A stretch of DNA of 64,000 bases from an uncultured Planctomycetota bacterium (lineage in GTDB: Bacteria; Planctomycetota; PLA2; JAEUHO01). Numbering within the stretch: the first letter of the stretch is position 1; every line of letters starts with the position of its first letter. The notes under the pieces are model-generated. The model was not told the DNA's origin and searched no databases. It saw only the letters and a list, made by a program, of their open reading frames with translations. The DNA is taken from the NCBI GenBank assembly GCA_963752285.1, contig CAVVXN010000005.1, positions 1,248,001 to 1,312,000 on the forward strand, given 5' to 3'. A program made the position numbers and the translations under genes. This document shows positions 18,463 to 27,830 of this stretch, one piece after another.

Positions 18463-19809
18463 TCACTTCTCCTCCCGCGGCCCGAAGGTCGCGATCGAGA
18501 ACCCGACGCCACGGAGCGTCGCCGCCCCCCAAACGTCCTCCGGCCAGCGGAGCTCGAGCTCGAGTTCTGCACGGGGCCCGGACCCCGGCTCCGCGAGGTC
18601 CACGACGACCTCCCGTCCGCTCCCGTCTTCCACGCGCGCGCGACCCCGCACGCGTCCGTCCTGGCAAATCGCGAGCTCAAGACCGGGGGGACCCACGACC
18701 CCCACGCTCACGGCCGACGCGTCCACGACGAGACCCGCGGGACGCCATGCCACCCGCGCGGTCCGGGACGGCCCGGGCCCCGGCTCGAGACGCAGCGACG
18801 CGCCGTGGCGGTGCGCGCGTCCCTCGGTCACGCGCCAGCGACGCGCCGAGACCCAGGCGAGCTCGCCCGGGGGACCGCCGCCGAGCGTGACCCGCGAGAG
18901 CGGGGCGAGGCCCGGCGGCTCGGGGGTCTCCCCGCCCGCCGGCACGTCGCCGCCGATCGCGCGGTCGCCCGCGCCGGCCCACCGGACCTCCGGCCCGACG
19001 TCCGGCAGGAACGTCGCCTCGGCCCGCGCGGAGAGCCGGACCGCCGCCCGCCGCCCGTCCGGACCCGCGATCCCGACCCCCGCCTCGCCCCGCTCGAGGA
19101 GGAGGTCCCCCGCGCCGGCGACGCGAACCTCCAAGGGCACCGACCCCGCGGAGAGCCAGGCGTGCGGCCCCTCGAGCACGAGCCGGAGCGAGGAACCGCC
19201 GCGCTCGACCCGAAGGCCGTCGGACGGACCGAGGAGCACGGTCCCGCCTCCCTCGAGGCGGAGCACCGTCTCGGTACCCGCCGCGCTCCGGACGCGCGTC
19301 CCGGCGGCGAGGCGCGCGTCGCGCGTGCTCTCGACCCGGCCTGCGCCCGCGTCGATCCGCTCGAGCGCGTCGAGGCGGAGCCCCGCGCGCGCCTCGGAGC
19401 CCGAGAGGAAGATCCACCCCGCCCCCAGCAGCAGGACGACGCTCGCGGCGAGCGCGAGCCGGCGCCGGGCCGGCGTGGACCGGACCGCGGCGGCCACCGG
19501 AGCCTCGCGCCGGTCGATTCGCGGAGCCGGGGGCTCGGGAACCGCCCGCGGCGGTGACCCGAGCGCCTCGTGCGCGCGCCACGCCGCGAGGGCGGCGGCG
19601 TGCACGGCGGGCGGGAGCGGGACCGGCTCGGCGTGCGCCTCGGCGTCGAGGACCTCGGCGAGCGCCCGGCGGAGCTCCGGGTCGTCGAGCGCCGTCGGAT
19701 CGAGCAGCCGCTCCGGGCCACCCGAGACCGGGTCCGGGAGCGCCGGATCGGGCGACCGGGGATCCGGGTGGTGCCGAGGCTCGGGGGGGCGGCCGGGGAA
19801 GGGGGACAT
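18463..19809 (-). CDS. Putative FecR-like anti-sigma factor
   Basis: Follows an ECF sigma; cytoplasmic N-terminus, TM RRRLALAASVVLLLGAGWIFL, then FecR-like LAAGTRVRSAAGTETVLRLEGGGTVLLGP; GGAG RBS. Confidence 0.65.
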   Translation of the reverse strand: MSPFPGRPPEPRHHPDPRSPDPALPDPVSGGPERLLDPTALDDPELRRALAEVLDAEAHAEPVPLPPAVHAAALAAWRAHEALGSPPRAVPEPPAPRIDRREAPVAAAVRSTPARRRLALAASVVLLLGAGWIFLSGSEARAGLRLDALERIDAGAGRVESTRDARLAAGTRVRSAAGTETVLRLEGGGTVLLGPSDGLRVERGGSSLRLVLEGPHAWLSAGSVPLEVRVAGAGDLLLERGEAGVGIAGPDGRRAAVRLSARAEATFLPDVGPEVRWAGAGDRAIGGDVPAGGETPEPPGLAPLSRVTLGGGPPGELAWVSARRWRVTEGRAHRHGASLRLEPGPGPSRTARVAWRPAGLVVDASAVSVGVVGPPGLELAICQDGRVRGRARVEDGSGREVVVDLAEPGSGPRAELELELRWPEDVWGAATLRGVGFSIATFGPREEK

Positions 19810-19901
19810 GGCTCCGTCTCCGTGTAGCCCGCGGGCGGCCCGTTTCTGGCAGGACGAAGGGCCCGGGAGGACGGGGGGGCCCGCGGCGCGTCCGCGACCC
19901 T

Positions 19902-20483
19902 TCAGGAGCCCTCGAGCAGCTCGGCCAGGTCCGGAGCCACCTCGGCGAGCCGCCGACGCGCCCGGGAGAGGAGCGAGGGGACGCTCTCGGGCGCCACGTC
20001 GAACGCCACCGCGAGCGACGCCGTGTCGAGGCCCTCGAGGTAGCGGAGCGAGAGCACGTGGCGGTCCCGGGGCTCGAGCCGGAGGAGCGCCGCCTCGATC
20101 GACGACCGGACCTCGGGGTCCGGCCCGGCACGCGTCGCGGGATCGTCCGGGTCGCCCGAAAGCCTCCGCTCGGGCCTCGCGCGGCGCAGCCGGCGCCCCA
20201 CGGCGGTCCGGCAGATCACCCCGATCCAGGTGCCGAACCGCCACGCGGGGTCGTAGCGACGGAGCAGCCGGCGGTCGTCCCGGAGGAGCGAGAGGAAGAC
20301 CTCGGCGACGACCTCGTCCACGTCGGCGGCGTCGCCGCGTCCGGTCCTCCGCTCGAGCATGCGGCGGACGAGTCCGTGGATCCACGGCCCGTGGCGATCG
20401 ACGAAGCACGCCCACGCCTCGGCGTCGCCCGCCACGAGCCGCCGGACGAGGTCCGCGTCGGACGGTGTCCCTTCGTCAGTCAC
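19902..20483 (-). CDS. ECF-type sigma-70 factor
   Basis: SDADLVRRLVAGDAEAW, DVDEVVAEVFL, FGTWI, ALLRLEPRDRHVLSLRYLEGL, SLLSRARRRL. Confidence 0.9.
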   Translation of the reverse strand: MTDEGTPSDADLVRRLVAGDAEAWACFVDRHGPWIHGLVRRMLERRTGRGDAADVDEVVAEVFLSLLRDDRRLLRRYDPAWRFGTWIGVICRTAVGRRLRRARPERRLSGDPDDPATRAGPDPEVRSSIEAALLRLEPRDRHVLSLRYLEGLDTASLAVAFDVAPESVPSLLSRARRRLAEVAPDLAELLEGS

Positions 20484-21771
20484 CTTCCGTCACGACGGGC
20501 GCCGGGAGCGGCGGCGCCGGCCGGGTGGCGCGCGCGAGGAAGAGCAGGGCCCAGGCCGTGTCCACGAGGTCGCTCGCCTCGTAGTCGGACTGTCCGAGCA
20601 TGCCCGTGGACCAGTGCCCGTCGGCGGCCTGCTTCCCCACGAGGTGCGTCGCGCCCTCGACGTACCAGTCGTGCCGCCCGATCAGGTCGCGGCCGCCGAG
20701 CACGGCGGCGCGTTCGAGCCCGTAGAGGAAGTAGTAGTGCCAGTTCGCCGCGGACGCGCCGGGGTTGCGCTCGACCGTCCAGTTCTTGTCGAGCCACGCG
20801 AACCCGTCCTGGGCCGCGCGCTGCACGGCGTGCTCGATCTGCGTGGTGTAGCCGTCCCAGCGCTTGGGCCGGAGCAGCGCGTCGTTCGCGATCGCGAGGA
20901 GCCCGATCCCGGAGGTCGTCATGCTGCCCGACGGCACGTACGGCTCCATCAGGTAGGACCAGCCTCGTGCGCGGTCGCCCGAGTCGATCGCGTAGGGGCT
21001 CGCGCCCGGATCGGGGCTCGGGAGGATGCGCATCACCTTCGGGCCTTCCTTCTCCTGGCGTTCGAGCGCGGTCTGGATGCCTCGCAGGAAGACGGCAGCG
21101 GGCACGTGCGCCCCGCAGTCGCGCGCGGCGCGGAGACCGAGGTACGCGTACTGCGAGTTCGACATGTCGTCGCGGTACGCCGGGTATCCCCACGTGGACG
21201 TCTCGGGCTTCCGCAGCCGAACGAGCCAGTCCGCGAGCTCCTGCACCCAGGTCTGGACCTCGGGCGGCAGGTTGCACGGGTTGTGCGCCTTGTGACCGGG
21301 CCGCGTCGTGCCCGGCCCCGCGTGCTTGTCGTCCTCCTCCCCCTGCCAGTACCGGGTGATGAACATCAGGAGGACGCCGGTGTCGTACGTGGCGCGGCTC
21401 CCCGCCGGGCCGAGCAACGCGTCCCGCGTCTTCACGTACTCGTAGACCTTGTCCACGGACGCGTCGCCGCGCCGGTCGCCCGAGGCGAGCAGGGCGAGGC
21501 CCATCAGCGCCGTCACGCCCACCTCGTGCGTCATCTCGCCGCGCGCGTGGAGCCCGCCGAAGGCCCCGTTGTCCTTCTCGACCGACCGCAGCCACGCCGC
21601 CCCGCGCGAGATCGCCTCGTTGATCCGCTTCTGGAGCTCGGCGTCCGGCACGCCGGGACGGGCGACGGCGGGCTTCGCCTTCCCCTTCGGCTTCTCGTCC
21701 CCGGAGGCGCCCCCCGTGGCCACACCGACGACCACGAGACAGAGGACCCAGAACGGGAGGAGTCGGCGCAT
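20476..21771 (-). CDS. Secreted prenyltransferase/squalene-oxidase-repeat (alpha-alpha barrel) protein
   Basis: Signal peptide; AISRGAAWL, TALMGLALLASG, WGY...DMSNSQYAYLGL, GWSY...SMTTSG, YYFLYGLER, HDWYVEGA..LVGKQAADGHW, DTAWALLFL. Confidence 0.8.
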   Translation of the reverse strand: MRRLLPFWVLCLVVVGVATGGASGDEKPKGKAKPAVARPGVPDAELQKRINEAISRGAAWLRSVEKDNGAFGGLHARGEMTHEVGVTALMGLALLASGDRRGDASVDKVYEYVKTRDALLGPAGSRATYDTGVLLMFITRYWQGEEDDKHAGPGTTRPGHKAHNPCNLPPEVQTWVQELADWLVRLRKPETSTWGYPAYRDDMSNSQYAYLGLRAARDCGAHVPAAVFLRGIQTALERQEKEGPKVMRILPSPDPGASPYAIDSGDRARGWSYLMEPYVPSGSMTTSGIGLLAIANDALLRPKRWDGYTTQIEHAVQRAAQDGFAWLDKNWTVERNPGASAANWHYYFLYGLERAAVLGGRDLIGRHDWYVEGATHLVGKQAADGHWSTGMLGQSDYEASDLVDTAWALLFLARATRPAPPLPAPVVTEGD

Positions 21772-21983
21772 GGGGCTCCCGGACGAGACGGGACCGTGAC
21801 GCCCGGGCGCGGGCCGCTCGGCCCCCGGGCTCGGACCGCCGGCGATCATACCCCGCTCGACTCGCGCCCCGGCCAACACCCGTCGCCCGGCGGGCGTACG
21901 CATCCAGGAGCCCGATCCTCTCCGCCGGCGGCTACAGTGGCCCCGGCATGACCGGTTCGCCCCCCACGTCTCCGAGGGACCGC

Positions 21984-22637
21984 ATGGCGACGTCCGTCAC
22001 GACCGGTGCGATGGTCACGCCCTGGAACGCCGCGGCCGTCCGTCGCGCCCGGCAGGCCCAGGACGACGCGCGCGCTCGCCGCCGCGCCGAGGACGCCGGC
22101 CTCGCCGAACGCGCGCGGGGCGGCGACCCCGAGGCCTTCCGCGAGCTCGTGGAGCGCTACCAGCGCAAGGTGTACTGGGTCGCGTACGACATCCTCCTCG
22201 ACACCGAGGAGGCGCGGGACGTGACCCAGGAGACGTTCATCCGCGTGCACGCGGCGCTCGACTCGTTCGACACCCGGCGCGACTTCCTCAACTGGGTGTA
22301 CCGCATCGCGAGGAACCTCGCGATCGACGCGTTCCGGCGCCGGCACCGCCGCGCGGCCCCCGTCGAAGACCTCGAGGCCGTGGCCGACGTGCGGGCGACG
22401 TCGGGCGTGGAGGACGCGGAGCTCCGCAAACGCGTCGCCGAGGCGCTCGAGGACCTTCCCGTCGAGTACCGCCTCGCCCTCACCCTGCGCGAGTTCCACG
22501 GGATGTCGCCCCGCGAGATCGCCGCCCTGACGGACTGCACCTACCCCACCGCGCGCTGGCGGCTCCATCGGGCTCGCGCCCTCTTCCGCAAGGCCTGGGA
22601 ACGACGATTCGGCCCCATGGCCGGACAGGACTCCTGA
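21984..22637 (+). CDS. ECF sigma factor (RpoE/SigW-like)
   Basis: GDPEAFRELVERYQ, EARDVTQETFIR, FLNWVYRIARNLAID, LPVEYRLALTLREFHGMSPREIA, RLHRAR. Alternative start at 21948. Confidence 0.92.
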   Translation: MATSVTTGAMVTPWNAAAVRRARQAQDDARARRRAEDAGLAERARGGDPEAFRELVERYQRKVYWVAYDILLDTEEARDVTQETFIRVHAALDSFDTRRDFLNWVYRIARNLAIDAFRRRHRRAAPVEDLEAVADVRATSGVEDAELRKRVAEALEDLPVEYRLALTLREFHGMSPREIAALTDCTYPTARWRLHRARALFRKAWERRFGPMAGQDS

Positions 22638-23263
22638 TGGAACCGAATCTGCCGATGCCCCTCGAATGCCGCGACGTGGACGCCCTCTTCACCCGTGCGC
22701 GGCGCGCCGGAGACGACGAAGCGCCGCGCGACCTCGTGCGGTCGCTCCACGACCACCTCGCCGCCTGCGCCCGTTGCGCCGCCGAGCACGGCGGCCGGCT
22801 CGCCGGCTTGGAGAGCACGCAGGCACTCCGCGAGCGATCCCTCCCGAACGGGGTCCTCGACGACCTCTGGGAGAACGTGAGCCGTCGGCTCCCCGAGGCG
22901 CCGGTCGGCGGCGCGATGTCCCTCGCCTTCCTGGACGCGCCGCGCGCGCTGGGCGTGTGGCGCGCGGTGGCCGTGGCCGCGACCACGTTGCTCGTCGTCG
23001 GGACCGGGCTGCTGGTGTCGGGCGTCCGGCCCGGCGAGGGCACGCCGACGGCCGAGCGCCTGCACGCGGTCCCCGAGAACCTGCTCCACGTCTGGGACGC
23101 GAGCCTGGGCGGCGGGCCCCGCGGTGAGGACCTCCGGATCTGGCCCGGCGCGTCCACCCGCGGCTACGGCCCGTTCTACCGAGTCCTGGGCCCCGACGGG
23201 GAGGTGCCGATCGGCGACCGTGCCCAGCCCGCGAGCGCGGACGTCATCGCCCCCTGGGAGTGA
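22637..23263 (+). CDS. Zinc-binding (ZAS) transmembrane anti-sigma factor
   Basis: HLAACARC (HxxxCxxC) plus an upstream Cys; one TM helix; TGATG overlap with the sigma gene. Confidence 0.85.
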   Translation: MEPNLPMPLECRDVDALFTRARRAGDDEAPRDLVRSLHDHLAACARCAAEHGGRLAGLESTQALRERSLPNGVLDDLWENVSRRLPEAPVGGAMSLAFLDAPRALGVWRAVAVAATTLLVVGTGLLVSGVRPGEGTPTAERLHAVPENLLHVWDASLGGGPRGEDLRIWPGASTRGYGPFYRVLGPDGEVPIGDRAQPASADVIAPWE

Positions 23264-23267
23264 CGCC

Positions 23268-24332
23268 GTGCGGCGGGGGTCCCGTGCAACGGCCGCGCTC
23301 GCGCTCGGCCTGCTCCTCGTTCCGTGGGGGTTCGTCGCCGGCGGCGAGCACACCGACGTGGACGCGCTGCTCACGATGGCGCGACGCGCGGCGCCCGGAA
23401 TCGTGCGCGTGCAGTGGCGACCCTACCGGGGCGCCGACGCCCCCATCGAGCGCCACGCGGTGGTCGTGGACACGGACGGCTGGCTGCTCATGGCCGGGCC
23501 GCCGGTGTCCGAGCACGGGACGCTCGCGGCCTCGTTCTCCGACGGGCGCGCCGCGCGGGCGCGCGTGTGGGCGACCGACGCGGGCAGCGCGCTGACGCTC
23601 CTCCACGTCCCGCTCTCCGGGCTCGTGCCGATCCCGTTTCGCGGCGTCACCCAGGACGACGGCGAGGAGGTTCCCGACCGCTTCCCTCCGGGCGAGACGG
23701 TGTTCATGGTGACGGCGGAGGGCGCGCTCGCACGCGGCGCGCGCCGCGCGAACCACCGCGCCTTCCGCCTGCTCGACCCGCTCGACGGCGAGGGCCATGA
23801 GGTCACGGGCCTCGACGAGGCATCCCTCTCCGTCGTGACGACGGACCTCGGCGCGCCGTGGCTCGACGAGGAGGGCCGCCTGGTCGGGCTGCTCCTCGGC
23901 GCGGACGTCGAGGTTCCGGATGCGGCGCACCCGCCGGACGAGAACATCCGGCTGCGCCCCTCCGTCGTGGCGGCGTATGCCGTGCCGAGCGCGGTGGCGG
24001 CCATCGAATGGCCCCTCCTCCGCGACCAACGCGCGGTGGACCGCGCGGCGCTCGGCGTGCACACCCGCCCGCTCGACCTCGCGCTGACGCACCACGTCTG
24101 CCCGGACTGTCGCGGCTGGATCGTCGCGGAGGTGCTGCCGGACGGGCCGGCGGCGCGCGCCGGCATCGAGGCGAACGACATCCTCCGCGGGCTCGCCGGC
24201 CGGCCGCTCGCGCCCGGAGCCCGACTCGCCGACGCGCTCCTCCCCTACCGACCCGGCACGGAGATCCGCGTGGACGTCCTCCGGGGCGGCGAGACGAAGG
24301 TCGTCGAGGTCGTGCTCGGCTCGGTCCGCTGA
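23268..24332 (+). CDS. HtrA/DegP-like trypsin-fold plus PDZ protein with degenerate catalytic triad
   Basis: Signal-like N-terminus; PGIVRV, VVVDTDGWLL, GAPWLDEEGRLVGL, AYAVPS, LGV, PDZ VLPDGPAARAGIEANDIL. No TNxHV or GNSGG. Confidence 0.75.
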   Translation: MRRGSRATAALALGLLLVPWGFVAGGEHTDVDALLTMARRAAPGIVRVQWRPYRGADAPIERHAVVVDTDGWLLMAGPPVSEHGTLAASFSDGRAARARVWATDAGSALTLLHVPLSGLVPIPFRGVTQDDGEEVPDRFPPGETVFMVTAEGALARGARRANHRAFRLLDPLDGEGHEVTGLDEASLSVVTTDLGAPWLDEEGRLVGLLLGADVEVPDAAHPPDENIRLRPSVVAAYAVPSAVAAIEWPLLRDQRAVDRAALGVHTRPLDLALTHHVCPDCRGWIVAEVLPDGPAARAGIEANDILRGLAGRPLAPGARLADALLPYRPGTEIRVDVLRGGETKVVEVVLGSVR

Positions 24333-24344
24333 CGCGGCGCGCCA

Positions 24345-24429
24345 CGCGCGCTCAGCGCGAGGCCACAGCCTGCGGGAAGCGCGCGCTCAGCGCGACGCCA
24401 CAGCCTGCGGGAAGCGCGCGCTCAGCGCG
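24345..24429. repeat. 35-bp tandem direct repeat, about 2.4 copies, between convergent genes
   Basis: cgcgcgctcagcgcga(g/c)gccacagcctgcgggaag at 24345-24379 and 24380-24414 (one mismatch), partial third copy 24415-24429. Confidence 0.9.
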
Positions 24430-26261
24430 CGACCGCGGTCTCGAGGCGCGCTTCGAGCGTCGCGCCGTCGATGCGCTGGAACTTCAGCAGGAGGGGCTTG
24501 CGGTCCGCGGCGAGCACCACCGTCGTGGGCACGGTGGCCATGTAGTACGTCTTCACGAGCCCACGCTCGGCGTCCGTCCACTGGTTCGACGCGGCGACGT
24601 CCACGGGCACGACGTCCACACGACCCTGGAACCGTTCGAGGACGGGGAGGAGCTCTGCGGCCTCGAGCGCCGAAGCGCGCGAGCCGTCGTCGTAGAAGAG
24701 GATCACGACGGGCTTCAGACCCGGCTCGAGCGCGACGTCGGCGCGGGCGGGGGGCACGAGCGAGGCGGGGTACTGGCGGACCGCCGCGTCGCCCGGTGAG
24801 GCGAGGAGCCGCCGGACGTGCGCCCCGATCGTCTTGTCCTCGGGGGTCCGGTCGAACGTCATCGGCGCATCGGAGGTCGCGGGCGCGAGGGGATCGCCGC
24901 CCACGGACGCGCCCGGCTCGCCGGCGTCGAAGGGCTCCGCCGAGGGCGGCGGGCCGACCAGAGGGGCCGGCGCGGGAGGCGCGGCAGCCACGGGAGGCGG
25001 GGGCTCCACGGCGGGCCCGGACGACGTCGGGAGCGCCGGCGGGCCCGCCGGCGGCAGCGCGGGGGCGGCTGCTGGCGGGAGCGCCGCGGCAGGCCCGGGC
25101 GCGGGCGCGACCGGCGGGACGGCCGCCGCGGGAGGCGGCGGCGCGACCACGACGGGCGGGGCGCCGTCGATCCAGCCCGAGGCGTCGTCGGGCCCCGACG
25201 CGCCGAGCGGGCGCACGGGCGCTTGGGCGGGCGGGCTGGCGGGCGGGCTCGCGGGCGGGCTGGCGGGCGGGCTCGCGGGCGGAAGCGGGCCCGGCGGCAT
25301 CGCTGGCGGCCGGCGACGGCGCGCGCGGCGCCGGGACCGGCGCGGCGGCGACCTCGCGCGGGGGCGCGCCGGCAGTCCAGGGGTCCGCGGGCTCGCCGGC
25401 GATCGCCGGGGCGGCCGCAGGGCTCGGAACGGGCCCGGTCGCCACGGCGGGTGCCGTCGGCAGGGCCGGGGAAGCGGGCGTCACCCTGGCGGGCGTCGGC
25501 GAGGCAGGCTGCGCCGCCGTCGGCGAGGTCGGTCCGGGCGAAGCCGACGCGGTCGCGGGAGGACCCGCCGGGGGCAGCGGCTCGGGGCCAGTCCCCGCCG
25601 GCGCCATGGGAGCCCCCGGCGCGGACTCGGGCGGGGCGCCGGCGAGCCAGGGGTCGAGCGGCGTCGGCGCGGCGCCCGCCGGCGGCAGCACGCCCGAGCC
25701 CGCGAGCGGGGACGGCGCCGGCGCCGTCTCTTGGGCCGACGGAGGTGCGGGTACGGGCCGCGGCTCGCTCACCGGGGCCAGCGTCGGCCCCGAGGGCGGT
25801 TCCTCCGTCACGGGCGGCAGGGCGGCGAGCTCCGAGGGCTTGGGCTCGGGCGGGCCGGCCGGCGGCATGCCCTCCGGCATCTGCCCGACGTCCTCCCCGC
25901 CCTGGCGGACCACCCGGTCGTTCCGGGGGTCCCACGCGGGCGGCGGGGGTGGCGGCGGAGCCGAACCCACCGGGCCGGACGCGACGGCCGCTGGCTCCCC
26001 CACCTCCGCGTCCCCAGCCCACGGGCGTGCCGCCGCCGGCTCGTCGCCGAGGAGCGGGCCCTCCCGGGGCTCGAGAGGCGGGGCGGTTCGGTCGGCGAGC
26101 GGGTCGGTCACGGGCGCCGACCGGGACCCGTCGAGGCCGCCGGTGCGGCACGCGGAGATCGCGGCGGCCAGCGCGAAGAGGAGGGCGAGGGTCCGGCCCG
26201 GGCCCCGGGCGTACGGCGCGCGCCCGGCCGAGGTCTCGCTGGAGCGGATGGTGGGTTCCAC
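24422..26261 (-). pseudogene. Pro/Ala-rich lipoprotein with C-terminal thioredoxin-like fold, apparently split by a frameshift near 25310 (real or sequence error)
   Basis: GTG 26261 after GGAGG; lipobox LFALAAAISA-C then Pro-rich sequence in one frame. The Pro-rich sequence continues in a second frame (ORF 24422-25300) ending in KPVVILFYDDGSRAS...VPTTVVL. Confidence 0.65.
25227..25282. repeat. 12-bp coding tandem repeat, (PPAS)n
   Basis: gcgggcgggct(g/c) four times plus a partial copy. Confidence 0.85.
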
Positions 26262-26494
26262 GACGCCTCCTGGTTCCACGGTACGTCCGACGGCCGCGCT
26301 CGGGGATCGTCCCTCCACGCCGAGGGGCTTCGAGCCGTCCTCGGGACCGTACAGGGTGACCGCAGCGGATCACTCCCTCGTCACGAGGCCCGGTGCCTGC
26401 GCCCCCTCCTCGATACGAACGAGAGGGCCTCCTGTGGGCGTCGTCCTCCGCGGCGCGCCGGCGCGGCCGGCCGGCACCCCGGGCCCGGGCGCCG

Positions 26495-27721
26495 TCACTC
26501 GGGCGGGATCGTGGCCGAGCAGGGCACGCGGACCTCCGCGGCGCCGGGGTAGGTGGTCTTCACGACCATGGTGGCGCGGAGCTGTTCGTCGGGCGCGCGG
26601 TTCAACCCGTCGTACGACACGGTCACGGTCCACGTGCCGTGCTCGTCCTGGACCTTCTTCGCCTCGAATCCGAGGCCGCCCCGGGGCGTCTCCGTCCCGG
26701 AGGCCGCCTCGAACGTGACGTCCGTCACCGCGAAGGGGACGTTCTTGTTCGCCGGCACGAGACGGATCGGGAAGGGCCGCTTCAGGTCGTAGCCCAGCAC
26801 CACGTTCTGCGGGTACGCGACGAGAGGCGGGACGACGACGAAGTGCGCGATCACCGTCACCTCCGGTCGGTCGGGGTGCGTGGTCCGGATCTTCACGTTG
26901 TCCTGGAAGGGCCCTTCCTGGTCCCGGCCGGGGTGGGTGATCACGACGTCGAGCGCGTGGTGGCCGGGCACCTCGATCGGGTCGATGCGCCACGTGTAGG
27001 GCACCGGCTTGTCGTTCACGAGCACGCTGCCCTCGACCCCGGTGATCTTCCAGTCGGCGTCGTCCGCCGCGCTCCGGAAGCGCACGCGGAACTGCATCGG
27101 CTCGCCCTTCGTGCCGCTCGGCACCGTCACGTGCGAGGGGGTGACGACGAGCCCCTGCGAGATCGACGCGTGCACGAGGAAGGTCTGCACGGGCGGGTCG
27201 AGGGCGTTGGTGTAGACGGAGATCCGCTTCGACTGCTCCCCGTCCTTGCCCTCGGTGGCGAGACGGATCGCGATCTTTCCGGACTCGTTCGGCTGGAGCT
27301 TCTTCACGTCGCCGACGAGCTTCGCGTGGATGCAGCCGCACGGGCTCTGGACGTCGCGGATGCAGAGCGGACCGCTCCCCTCGTTGTGGAAGACGACGTC
27401 CCGCTGGAGCTCCACGCCCTGCTTCACGGCGCCGAACTCGAGGCCCTCGGGCGGCAGATCGAACACGAGCTTGGGCGGATGCGCGGGATCGGGCTTGCAG
27501 TCCTCGTCCTCCCAGGGGACCTGACGGTAGGGGTCGCCCCACCGCGCCGTGCTCGTGTCGGCGGGCTCGTCCCCGCCCCGGGCGATCAGGCCGAGCGTGA
27601 CGACGCCCCCCATCACCAGGACGGTCAGGAACGTGGTGAGGATGATCACGTTCCGCGAGCGCTTGTGCTCGCGCGCGCTCTCGCTGTCGCGGGCCGGGTC
27701 GGGGGGGGCCGTGTCGCTCAT
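26495..27721 (-). CDS. Membrane-anchored DUF1573 (Ig-like) domain protein
   Basis: TM near the N-terminus; FGAVKQG, FHNEGSGPLCIRDVQSPCGC, LQPNESGKI, KRISVYTN; further Ig-like repeats. Confidence 0.85.
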   Translation of the reverse strand: MSDTAPPDPARDSESAREHKRSRNVIILTTFLTVLVMGGVVTLGLIARGGDEPADTSTARWGDPYRQVPWEDEDCKPDPAHPPKLVFDLPPEGLEFGAVKQGVELQRDVVFHNEGSGPLCIRDVQSPCGCIHAKLVGDVKKLQPNESGKIAIRLATEGKDGEQSKRISVYTNALDPPVQTFLVHASISQGLVVTPSHVTVPSGTKGEPMQFRVRFRSAADDADWKITGVEGSVLVNDKPVPYTWRIDPIEVPGHHALDVVITHPGRDQEGPFQDNVKIRTTHPDRPEVTVIAHFVVVPPLVAYPQNVVLGYDLKRPFPIRLVPANKNVPFAVTDVTFEAASGTETPRGGLGFEAKKVQDEHGTWTVTVSYDGLNRAPDEQLRATMVVKTTYPGAAEVRVPCSATIPPE

Positions 27722-27830
27722 GCCGCAATCGTAGCGCCCGGAGGGGGACCTGGCCCCACGCCCGGGCCCCGGCGCCGCGGCCCGCGCGCTCCGGCGGGAG
27801 GCGCCCCCCGGCGCGTCTTGACAAGGCCGG

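Noticed and set aside
12189..18890. 2233-aa plus-strand ORF and 2001-aa alternate-frame minus ORF
   Set aside because: Shadow frames of efp and the giant GspK-like gene; Arg/Ala/Gly-rich with no motifs, as expected from stop-codon scarcity at high GC.
20476..21771. Squalene-hopene cyclase call
   Set aside because: Too short, has a signal peptide and shows no DXDD catalytic motif in the expected context; only the barrel repeats are shared.
24345..24429. Possible mini-CRISPR array (35-bp repeats)
   Set aside because: The units are head-to-tail with no unique spacers, and there are no cas genes in the window.
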